Source: an uncultured Chlorobiaceae bacterium
GTDB taxonomy: Bacteria > Bacteroidota > Ignavibacteria > UBA10030 > SZUA-254
Reading direction: 5' to 3'
Assembly: GCA_964523395.1 (NCBI GenBank)
Contig: CAZFXS010000009.1
Location: 22,235 to 86,234, forward strand
DNA length: 64,000 nucleotides
The notes beneath the pieces are model-generated. The model ran no database searches, was not told the origin of the DNA, and worked only from the letters and a program-made list of their open reading frames with translations. The translations under genes and the position numbers were made by a program. Shown one piece after another: positions 1 through 9,100 of the stretch (the stretch's first letter is position 1; each line of letters begins with the position of its first letter).

Positions 1-624
1 TTTTCCGATGCAATACGGTTTAATCCGCTGCATGCTGAAGCACGATTGTATCTTGCTGCAAATTATATCGAACAGAAACAATTTCAGGCAGGTTACGATC
101 AGTTAACAGACCTTCTGACGTACCATCCTTATATTCCCAAGGGCCACCTTCTGAAAGCCGTGTGCGCATTTGAACTTGGAAAGTTTGATGAAAACAGAAA
201 AGAAATGAATACCGAGCTCCGGCTGACCACCAATCCTCAATCTTTGTATTATGCTGCTCTATTCGCTGAAAAAAACAATCGACCACAGGAAGAACGGTAC
301 TATTTATTGACATTGCTTGAAAAATGTATCGCCGGAAGTTCAACCGAATATGTTCCTGCAGCAATTCAACGGTTGGGAGAGATATGCAGGACCGGTCACT
401 CTTCTGAGTGTGATACCATCGTACAACACATTGTTGACATTGTTGAAAAATTCCGGGATATCCCTCCTGTTCTTATTGCGGCGGCGCAGTTTTTTACATC
501 AGTTGAAAATGCAACTGAAGCGGGAAAGACCATTGCCACCGGACTTAAACTTCAGACATTAAATGGCGAACAACGACGAATCCTGGAAGAACTGCAGAAG
601 GCTGTAGCAAAGCAATCGGACTGA
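1..624 (+). CDS. TPR-repeat protein, C-terminal part. The open frame runs from base 1 with no upstream stop, so the 5' end is partial.
   Basis: Frame 1 is open from position 1 through the stop at 622-624. TPR-like sequence (AEARLYLAANYIEQKQFQAGYDQL, LKAVCAFELGKFDE). The track's 46..624 ORF is just the first in-frame TTG. Confidence 0.55.
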   Translation, partial: FSDAIRFNPLHAEARLYLAANYIEQKQFQAGYDQLTDLLTYHPYIPKGHLLKAVCAFELGKFDENRKEMNTELRLTTNPQSLYYAALFAEKNNRPQEERYYLLTLLEKCIAGSSTEYVPAAIQRLGEICRTGHSSECDTIVQHIVDIVEKFRDIPPVLIAAAQFFTSVENATEAGKTIATGLKLQTLNGEQRRILEELQKAVAKQSD

Positions 625-675
625 TATTTTGAATTCGCACCCCGTTTTACTATATTGATGCCGCAAAAAAAACAT

Positions 676-748
676 TGCCCGGTGGTGTAATTGGTAACAC
701 ACTAGACTCTGGATCTAGGTAGTCCAGGTTCGAGTCCTGGCCGGGCAG
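676..748 (+). tRNA. tRNA-Gln (anticodon CUG), 73 nt, CCA not encoded
   Basis: Manual cloverleaf: acceptor 676-682/741-747 with U1:A72 and G73 discriminator (Gln identity-like). D-stem GTGT/ACAC. Anticodon stem CTAGA/TCTAG with loop CTCTGGA (T33, anticodon CTG, G37). T-arm CCAGG-TTCGAGT-CCTGG. Confidence 0.85.
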
Positions 749-755
749 CTTGAAA

Positions 756-787
756 ACCCCATCAGATTCATCTGTGGGGTTTTTTAT
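756..787 (+). terminator. Rho-independent terminator after tRNA-Gln
   Basis: Imperfect hairpin CCCCATCAGAT / ATCTGTGGGG followed by TTTTTTATT. Confidence 0.55.
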
Positions 788-1281
788 TATCATCAACAGA
801 TTTTTTTTCTATTAAGATAAGATTAAAATTCGCCGCCTGAATTATCTACCCGGAGTACAGCCGCATTGAGTAATGATTATTTATCTTAAAAATCGCTCAC
901 AAACGCCTATTGTCAAAAGTGTATTGTTTTATTAATGGTTAGACCGGTCCGGAGAAGGTGATACATACAACTAATGTCACAACACGTTATTAAATAAAAT
1001 GCGGAATGGGTGATTTGTATCACTAATTTTTTCTAATAATTTTCTAAATTTTACTTGACACTCTAGGATGAAAAAAGCATATTGTACCGTGAATCGGGAG
1101 AAACAGCGAGGCGGAGACGAATATTTGTCCTTCGCCAATCTTTCTCAAATTCCATTTTGAACTAAGAGTGTCTGCCCGGAGGGTGTTTATTTTAATCCGG
1201 GGAAGAATTATTCCCGAATTCACGCATCTGGTGCAAAGAAAGCAACACGAATAACAACATGAGATCATAAAGGGGCGTTCA

Positions 1282-2634
1282 TTGCAATCGAATTCTGTAC
1301 TATTTGTTTCACTTAACAGCGAACCGGTTACACAGGTCGTCGAGAAGCTTCACCGGGCTGACATCAGCGTTACTGCGGTAGAATCGTTAAACGATGCGGA
1401 AGAACGACTTCTCTCCCGAAGCTTTGAAGTTTGCCTCCTTCGATCCCAGGGTGTTTGCGATGCCCCGCTTAAGCTCCTCTCATTTTGCAAACAGCATACT
1501 ATTGGCACAAAACACATTATCAGTGTCTCCAACGGATCCGTTGAAGACGCTGTGCGAATCGTCAAGGCGGGAGCACATGATTTTCTTGTGGGTGATTGTT
1601 CCGATCCAAGAGTCACAGAATCCGTATTGCGCGCCGCGACAAACTACCGGGAAACCCCGAAAGCCCTTGTCGACCTTTCGGTTCCCAGCAGCGAGGCAAA
1701 CGCTGTTCTCGTAGGACAAAGTCCTGCCATTTGCGAAATCCGTTCGGCCGTGAATCTCGTGGCAAAATCTCAAACGACTATTCTGATCACGGGAGAAAGC
1801 GGAACCGGTAAAGAAGTTGTCGCCCGTCTTATACATCAGAAAAGCCAGCGCAGTGAGAGAGCATTTATCACAATTAATTGCGCCGCACTGCCGAAAGATG
1901 TCATTGAGAATGAATTATTCGGCCATGAGAAAGGCGCATTCACCGGCGCACTTACAAAGAAAGCCGGCTGTTTTGAACTTGCCGACAATGGAACGCTGCT
2001 CTTTGACGAAATTGCGGAGATGAGCATGGATACGCAGGCAAAACTGCTGAGGGCAATTGAAACGCAAAAATTCCGCAGGCTTGGCGGAAAAGAAGAAGTA
2101 AGTGTGGATGTCCGCATGATCGCCGCGACAAATAAAAGCATTTCTGCGGCGCTGAAGTCAAAGGAACTGCGTGAAGATTTATACTACCGTTTGAGTGTGG
2201 TGGAGATATTCATCCCGCCGTTACGGGAACGGAAGGAAGACATCGGTCTTCTGATTGAATACTTTTCAGCAATCTTTTCCGCGAAATACGGAAGAGTGCA
2301 GCCCCGTTTCTCCCCTGATACGATGGAAGTGCTCAATGCGTATGATTGGCCGGGCAATGTCCGCGAAGTACGCAACGTTGTCGAGCGCGCGCTTGTCATT
2401 TGCACTAACGACACGGTGACGCCACAGTATCTCCCCGCACGTATCAGAACGAAAGTGACTCCTGACGGACACATCAACATACCGATCGGTTGTTCAACGC
2501 AGGAAGCGGAGAGGATACTTATTCTCCAGACACTCGCCTCCGCCGGAAACAATAAAGCAAAAGCCGCAAAAATTCTCGGCGTGAGCCGGAAGACACTGCA
2601 TAATAAACTTGCCAGCTTTCAGCAACTAAGCTAA
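1282..2634 (+). CDS. Sigma-54-dependent transcriptional activator (NtrC/Fis family) with a degenerate pseudo-receiver N-domain
   Basis: Walker A GESGTGKE. Intact GAFTGA motif (ELFGHEKGAFTGA). Sigma54-AAA signature WPGNVREV. C-terminal Fis-type HTH (AKAAKILGVSRKTLHNKL). TTG start with AAAGGGG ribosome-binding site. The receiver-like N-terminus lacks the DD pair and phospho-Asp (VLFVSLNSEP, EVCLLRSQG). Confidence 0.9.
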   Translation: MQSNSVLFVSLNSEPVTQVVEKLHRADISVTAVESLNDAEERLLSRSFEVCLLRSQGVCDAPLKLLSFCKQHTIGTKHIISVSNGSVEDAVRIVKAGAHDFLVGDCSDPRVTESVLRAATNYRETPKALVDLSVPSSEANAVLVGQSPAICEIRSAVNLVAKSQTTILITGESGTGKEVVARLIHQKSQRSERAFITINCAALPKDVIENELFGHEKGAFTGALTKKAGCFELADNGTLLFDEIAEMSMDTQAKLLRAIETQKFRRLGGKEEVSVDVRMIAATNKSISAALKSKELREDLYYRLSVVEIFIPPLRERKEDIGLLIEYFSAIFSAKYGRVQPRFSPDTMEVLNAYDWPGNVREVRNVVERALVICTNDTVTPQYLPARIRTKVTPDGHINIPIGCSTQEAERILILQTLASAGNNKAKAAKILGVSRKTLHNKLASFQQLS

Positions 2635-2781
2635 ACGATCCATCAGGGTCGGCTTAGCATTCTCTCCCCTACGCATACACTCCGAAACGTATCGCTACAT
2701 TCAGCACGACGTAGAGTTATTTCGACCTGCCTGAAACTCGATTAAATAATTGATAAACCACCGGAAGGCGGGAATAACAAA

Positions 2782-5700
2782 TCACTTCAATAACAACATC
2801 CGGTTGGTTTTTACGACATGCTCGGTTGAACCGTTGAAGGCAGAGAGCCTGTAATAGTACACGCCGCTAGAAAGTTTTGACGCATCGAACGGAACCGAGT
2901 ATGACCCGATTTCCATTGCCTGATCTACGATTGTAGCAACACGTTCGCCGATCATGCTATACACTTCCAATGTAACATGGCTTGCCACAGGAACCGAGAA
3001 TGAAATAACTGTAGAGTTATTAAACGGGTTCGGATAGTTTTGTCCGAGGGTAAATGATGATGGAACCCCTGCCAATTCCCTGTTCGAGGCAACCAGCATC
3101 ATGGTTTGTGTCTCTGGACCTGTTCCACCATTTGCCTCCCCATATATAACCGTTTTTCCTGCACCTGTGAGCACCAGCGGTTCATTATTGCCGACACTCA
3201 GCGTGTACACTTCATTCGCATCTTTGACGTTCCATTCAATGGTCACGGGATATGAAACGGAGCTCATGGTAATCGGCATTTCAACGGACCGGGTTCCCGC
3301 AGGGTTAATAATGCGCGCGATACTTCCGTTTGACGTCGCCGAAGAAAATCTCACATCAAACACACCGTGTGGCGGAGGCGGAGGTAATTCAAAGTTGCGA
3401 TTCTCACCAAGAAGATCAGGATCGGCTCCAAAGTACAGTGATTGAGCTTCACCCTGATCCGTGGTTATGGTAATACTATTCAGCGTATTCAAATCAAAAG
3501 AATGTTGCTCTTTTGGAGGGGCAGTCACAAGACTGGAAATAACGATTTTCCCGGGCTGAGAAGCCTGGACCCAATATCCTTTACCGGGATTAATAACGCT
3601 TGTGATATAGTTTCCGCGTGAATACCCAAATACATTGCCCGTGATGATTCCCGCAGGTATAGAAAAAAGATTTGCCACAGGGATAGCCGAGGAAACAGAA
3701 CCAATAAAATTCCATCCCGGAGAAACATTAACTGTGTCCGCGGTAAATGCCGTACCGGCCATCCATACCTGATGTGCCATTGTCATTTTTACCCAATAGG
3801 CGGGTCCATTTTCAAGGACGTTCTCTACATTATATCCGTCATGAAATGAATACGCATCGGTAATTGCCAGGGGAAATATTGTTGTCTTCGTAAAGTCGGC
3901 AAGCCGTAAGGGCACGGAAACGATATTCCACTGCTTATCCACCGGAAATGAAAATGCCTGAGACGAATACATCCCGAACGTGGAATTTGATGAAGAAGAG
4001 TTATCGGTTACCGTCACAGAGTATGATCCCGAACTCGGCGGATATGTCTGCGTCCAGAGAGGCGGAGGTTCTACGTCTACTGTATAAGATCCGTTGGGAA
4101 GATCATAAAAATAATACCAACCGCTGGAATCTGTAAGCTCCGAATCCGTCACCGGTCCGATAACAGTCACATTCCATCCTGCCATGGCCGGTTCGTTTGT
4201 ATCTTTCACTCTGTTTTGGTTTGAATCAAAATAGAGTTGGCCTTTAATTTTAGGAAGGGCAGCAGTTATTGTGGAAAAATTTCTGATCGCAGACCAATTG
4301 CTCGTGCCGTTAGTACTTGAAGCATTCACCCTCCAGTGATACGCGGTACCAAAATTCAGATTACTTAATTGATACGATGTACCTGTGACGCCCGACTGAT
4401 CAACAAGCAGCGTTGAAAATGAAGAACTCAAAGATACTTGCACACGATATGATGTCGCACCGCTTGACGCATTCCAGCTTATCGTTACCGGAATTGGAAG
4501 TTCATTGGCTCCGTTGGCGGGAGAGTTAAGTGTCGGTACTCCGGGAGGAGGTGGCGGCGGAACAATTAATCCTGCCATAGCTTTCTTCAGCGCCTGGAGT
4601 AGCGGATCCCGTTGTCCAGCGGGGTTATTTTGCACCCAACCGGCATGTAATTCATAAATCATCACTCCGCCAATACCCAAGTTTTTCGCGTAATCAATTT
4701 TGTAGGCAATGCTCACAGAATCATCATAGGAGACCATATGCTTTACACCACTCCCGTCGGTAAACGAAAGATATGGTACTTTTGATGAATCATCCCAACG
4801 ATATGAGTTGGGATATTGCGACAAATAGCTCAAAGCATTTGCATAACTGCGATACCACTGCCCACCATTTCGCAATTGACACGGGCCATCAACACCTGAA
4901 AATTCCCAACCATAGAACGGAATTCCCATAGCGATTTTCGATTTAGGAAATCCGGCATTGATCCAATTTTGGGGACCGTGATCTGCCAATGTCCATGCAG
5001 TCCAATTACCACCATTGTAGGCGCACTCACCCCGTTTCAGCGGAGCATTAAATCCGGCGTATGTTGAAGTACCCTGATCATAATTCATTACAGTAATTTG
5101 ATCAAGTTTTTCAGCCATTGTCGGAATATGATAGGAATTGGAAATAAAGGAATACACAGCAGCTGTTATTATACCGGGAGTCGGCCAGGTGTTTAGCGTG
5201 TCGCGTAAGACAGTTAATAAATTAATAAAATCGGTTTGATTGTTCGGACCTTCCCAATCAACATCAACTCCATCATATCCCTTGCGTTTACAATAGGAAG
5301 AAATCGCGCCTACAAAGACCCGAATCTTATTGATATCATTACAAACCTGATCCATCTGAGCATCGGAATTCCCATAGATTCCGCCTATGCACAGAAGCGC
5401 CTTGACGCCATTTTTGTGAGAGTAATGGATCAACGAATCCTGAAAATTAATACTACGGTCATTATTCCCATTTCCGTACTGCAATTTCAGAGAGTCGCTG
5501 GCTTTGGTAATCGGGCTGAAGTACGGTGGTGTGGAAGCATCAGGATCGGCACTAAAATGAATAATGTGTGTGATGGCAGAGTAGTCTACCATCCAAGGCT
5601 TTAATGTCCAGATTGACCAATCAGGATAATAGGCCGTAACAAACATCGAAGCAGATGAAGCTGATTCTTCTTGAGCGGGAGGTTGAGATTGGTTTGATTC

Positions 5701-5802
5701 AAAAGCCGGATAATGTTTAAGCTGACTAAAAGCTGTTGCAGAAAACATTAGCAGAAAAAAAACAACAAAAAGTTGCGTCACGGAGGATTGCGATTTCCTC
5801 AA
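2782..5802 (-). CDS. T9SS-secreted multidomain protein: GH18 chitinase-like catalytic domain, poly-Pro linker, FN3, Cna-B/SdrD-like domain, two GWN...GYW modules, Por-type CTD
   Basis: Signal peptide. GH18 catalytic motif YDGVDVDWEGP (DxxDxDxE). PPPPPP linker. FN3 (SYRVQVS...YHWRV). C-terminal QNYPNPFNNSTVISFSV...VYYYRL sorting domain. Confidence 0.88.
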   Translation of the reverse strand: MRKSQSSVTQLFVVFFLLMFSATAFSQLKHYPAFESNQSQPPAQEESASSASMFVTAYYPDWSIWTLKPWMVDYSAITHIIHFSADPDASTPPYFSPITKASDSLKLQYGNGNNDRSINFQDSLIHYSHKNGVKALLCIGGIYGNSDAQMDQVCNDINKIRVFVGAISSYCKRKGYDGVDVDWEGPNNQTDFINLLTVLRDTLNTWPTPGIITAAVYSFISNSYHIPTMAEKLDQITVMNYDQGTSTYAGFNAPLKRGECAYNGGNWTAWTLADHGPQNWINAGFPKSKIAMGIPFYGWEFSGVDGPCQLRNGGQWYRSYANALSYLSQYPNSYRWDDSSKVPYLSFTDGSGVKHMVSYDDSVSIAYKIDYAKNLGIGGVMIYELHAGWVQNNPAGQRDPLLQALKKAMAGLIVPPPPPPGVPTLNSPANGANELPIPVTISWNASSGATSYRVQVSLSSSFSTLLVDQSGVTGTSYQLSNLNFGTAYHWRVNASSTNGTSNWSAIRNFSTITAALPKIKGQLYFDSNQNRVKDTNEPAMAGWNVTVIGPVTDSELTDSSGWYYFYDLPNGSYTVDVEPPPLWTQTYPPSSGSYSVTVTDNSSSSNSTFGMYSSQAFSFPVDKQWNIVSVPLRLADFTKTTIFPLAITDAYSFHDGYNVENVLENGPAYWVKMTMAHQVWMAGTAFTADTVNVSPGWNFIGSVSSAIPVANLFSIPAGIITGNVFGYSRGNYITSVINPGKGYWVQASQPGKIVISSLVTAPPKEQHSFDLNTLNSITITTDQGEAQSLYFGADPDLLGENRNFELPPPPPHGVFDVRFSSATSNGSIARIINPAGTRSVEMPITMSSVSYPVTIEWNVKDANEVYTLSVGNNEPLVLTGAGKTVIYGEANGGTGPETQTMMLVASNRELAGVPSSFTLGQNYPNPFNNSTVISFSVPVASHVTLEVYSMIGERVATIVDQAMEIGSYSVPFDASKLSSGVYYYRLSAFNGSTEHVVKTNRMLLLK

Positions 5803-6044
5803 TAGTGTCCCCTTTCAAAAGTACTATTTTGGTGTATCTGTTGGTTAACGAAGGCGCGGGAGAGTATTTTACTCGTTTTTATTTTCATAAAACTAACGAA
5901 TTGTTTAAGATTATGCAAGCGAAAACTTTCCTAGTTACTTATATTTTTACGATATCTTAACGGAATATTGCGATAAATCGGACTTTTGTATCCATATTTA
6001 CTACTATTCTTATTTCTCAAGCTGCCGAGGCTGTAAAGAGTAAT

Positions 6045-6078
6045 AGCCCGGGACTTTAACCCCGGGCTATTTTTTTTC
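6045..6078. terminator. GC-rich hairpin plus T8 tract in the gap between the two GH18 genes; strand assignment ambiguous
   Basis: AGCCCGGG-actttaac-CCCGGGCT followed by ATTTTTTTT on the plus strand. It lies 46 nt downstream of the 3' end of the minus-strand gene 6124..11205. On the minus strand the U-tract is poor (AUUACUCUUU). Confidence 0.4.
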
Positions 6079-6123
6079 AGCTCTTAGATCGTATTACGAT
6101 TACTATTTCAGACCAAGGTAATT

Positions 6124-9100
6124 TTATTTCACCAGCATCATTTTGTTTACTCTTACAAAGGGTTCAAGAGCCAACGCTGATCCCTGGTCATCCACTCTTT
6201 GCGCCGTAAAGCGATAGTAATATATACCTGAGGGCAGCCCACCCGCATTAAAGAGCACCTCAATTTTCCCGGCACTCATTTGCTGGCCGTTGTAAACAAC
6301 AGATACTTCCTGGCCAAGTGCGTTATACACTTTCAGGTACACAACGGAAGGATTCGCAAGGTCAAACCCGATTGTGGTTGAAGGATTAAACGGGTTGGGA
6401 TAATTCTGATAGAGCGCAAACGTACCCGGAACTGTTGAAGGCGGTTCTTCAACACCTGTCGACTGATCTATATGCAGTGCAAGTGAATCCGGGGTAATTG
6501 AACCGCTATACTCGAAGAGGAAGTAGCCATTCTCTTCCTGCGACACTGTAGGATGCGCGGATACCACAAACTTCTGACTGTCTTCAGGGGCTACAACTGC
6601 CTGTTGCGGTGAAATACTGAAGACAGAATTTGTCGAAGTTATGTTGTTGATTTCCAGATTTAACTCGCCATCATTATATACGGTAATAGTATCGGTTTTC
6701 AGTTCTTCGGGCTGAACCACTCCAAAATTTACAGGTATGGTTCTGTGCCGTAAATTTGCCGCACGCACACCCTTACCGGTCACTAACGCTGTATCCGTCG
6801 AGTTACCTGAATTTATAACAATAGCAATCTTAGCATCGTATGTCGTGCGCTGATTCGGCGTAAACGTGACATAGATTTTCTTGCTTGCCCCCGGCGCGAT
6901 TGTTGTTCCGGTAAACGCGACTTCATACTGCGACAGTGATGACTGAATTTGAGACAGTGTAACGGTTGAAGAGCCGGGGTTTGAAATTGTGATCGAATCT
7001 TTCTTGGAATATCCCACTCCAACCTTACCGAAATTAATATTGTTTGGTGAAGCAACAACCGCGGCCGACACTGAAGTTGTGGTAAAACTTCTTACTTCCG
7101 AGAACTCGCTGGTCCCTGCAAGGTTCTTGGCGTTTACCCTCCAATAGTACAAGCTATTCAGATTCAAGTCAGCTAACTGAAATGAGTTGGTGGGTACAGT
7201 AGAATCATCCACAACAATATTTCCAAAAAGCGCATCCGTTGATACCTGTACTCTGTAGGTTACCGCGCCAATGGCAGCATCCCAGTTCAGGATTGCATTC
7301 ACAGGCACATTTGTTGCCTGGTTCGCCGGGGAATTAAGAACCGGTAAGCCGAGCGGGACCGCGGCGGCATTCGGACTCACACGGAAGTCGTCAAAAATTA
7401 CCGGGGTTGTTGAAACATATCCGCGAATCGCAAAATACCAGGATGGCGCTGTATGTACAGTATCCATCGCACTGAGAATTATGTCTCCATTGACAAGAAC
7501 ACACATTGTTTTATTGTCCGCAAGGATACGGAACGTCACAACGTCACCGACACGGATTTCATAATTTACCGACGCAAGCACTGTTCCATTCGCGTATCCG
7601 TTCGTTACTCTGTGAATTTCAACAAGGTCATTTCCGCTCTGTTCAGTAAACCGGAGACGATAACCCGATCCGGCTGCAAAATCTTTGCTGTTCATTTTCG
7701 CGTACAGCAGCAGAGAAGCATTTGAATAGTTACCGCTCTTTTGCTGAAGCGTAACGCTTGCCTCAGTTCCGCTGGTCATCATGCTGTCCCAGACCACACC
7801 CCCCATCGTATTTACTGTAAGACCATTGGTTGCCTGAAGCTTACTACTCACCACAGACATTATACCACCGGTATAGTTATCGAATGTTTTCCATCGGTTC
7901 GTTCCTGGCAAAGGACCGTCGGGACGGTTAAAATCATCCCTCAGGACAGCCGGATAAGGTATTGTATCCGCCGGAACAGGAGGTTGTCCGGAGCTAACAA
8001 CTGTAAAGCTCCACGCATTCGACCAATTACCAGAGCCAGCCGAGTTAGAGGCATTGACTCTCCAATAGTAGGTCGTACTGTTGAGTAAGTTGTTCACCGC
8101 ATACGATGTCCCAGTTATTCCACTCTGGTCAACAACCGTTGTCCCGAACGTTGAACTTGTTGATACCTGTACACGATAACCGGTCGCTGCGCTGACCGAA
8201 CCCCAGCTTACCGTCGTACCTGTCGGTACATCCATCGTTCCGTCCGCAGGGGTGTTCAATACCGGTACTGCCGGCGGCTGAACAGGCGGTGGCGGCGGCG
8301 GTGGTGTTACTGTCCCTCCTACCGCTTTCTTTAATGCCTGCAATAACGGGTCTCTCTTCCCTGCCGGATTTGACTGTACCCATCCTCCGACTAACTCATA
8401 AATCATCAATCCGCCAATTCCTAAACTCTTCGCATAATTAACCTTATACGCTATACTCACTGAGTCATCATACGATACCATATGCTTTACTCCGCTGCCG
8501 TCGGTAAACGACAGATACGGCACCTTCGATGAGTCATCCCAACGATAGGAGTTCGGATATTGCGCAAGGTAATTCAACGCATCAGAATAACTTCTATACC
8601 ACTGTCCGCCATTACGCAACTGACACGGACCATCGACTCCGCTAAATTCCCATCCATAGAACGGTACACCCATACCAATCTTTGACTTCGGGAAGCCTGC
8701 ATTGATCCAGTTCTGAGGGCCATGATCTGCCAGTGTCCAGGCTGACCAGTTTCCTCCTGACGCTTTACATTCACCCGGCTTCAACGGACTGTTAAATCCG
8801 GCATAGGTTGATGTTCCCTGGTCGTAGTTCATGACCGTAATCTGATCAAGTTTTGCCGCCATTACAGGAACATCGTACGAGTTGGAGATAAACGAGTAGA
8901 CTGCCGCCGTGATTATACCCGGTGTCGGCCAGCTATTCAACGTATCGCGTAAGACTGTCAGGAGGTTATTATAATCCGTCTTATTGTTCGGTCCTTCCCA
9001 GTCCACATCCACGCCGTCATATCCTTTGCGTTTGCAATACGACGAGATCGCACTTACGAACACCCGTATTTTATTGATATCGCTGCAGATCTGGTCCATG

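Noticed and set aside
1350-2552. Multiple overlapping ORFs (plus and minus) inside the sigma-54 activator gene
   Set aside because: They are fully contained in a CDS with strong domain evidence and show no independent signals.
5736-5960. 74-aa plus-strand ORF at the 5' end of the GH18 gene 2782..5802
   Set aside because: It starts inside the opposite-strand CDS, has no ribosome-binding site, and has AT-rich intergenic composition. Probably spurious. It was also considered as the target of the 6045-6078 plus-strand terminator, but evidence is insufficient.
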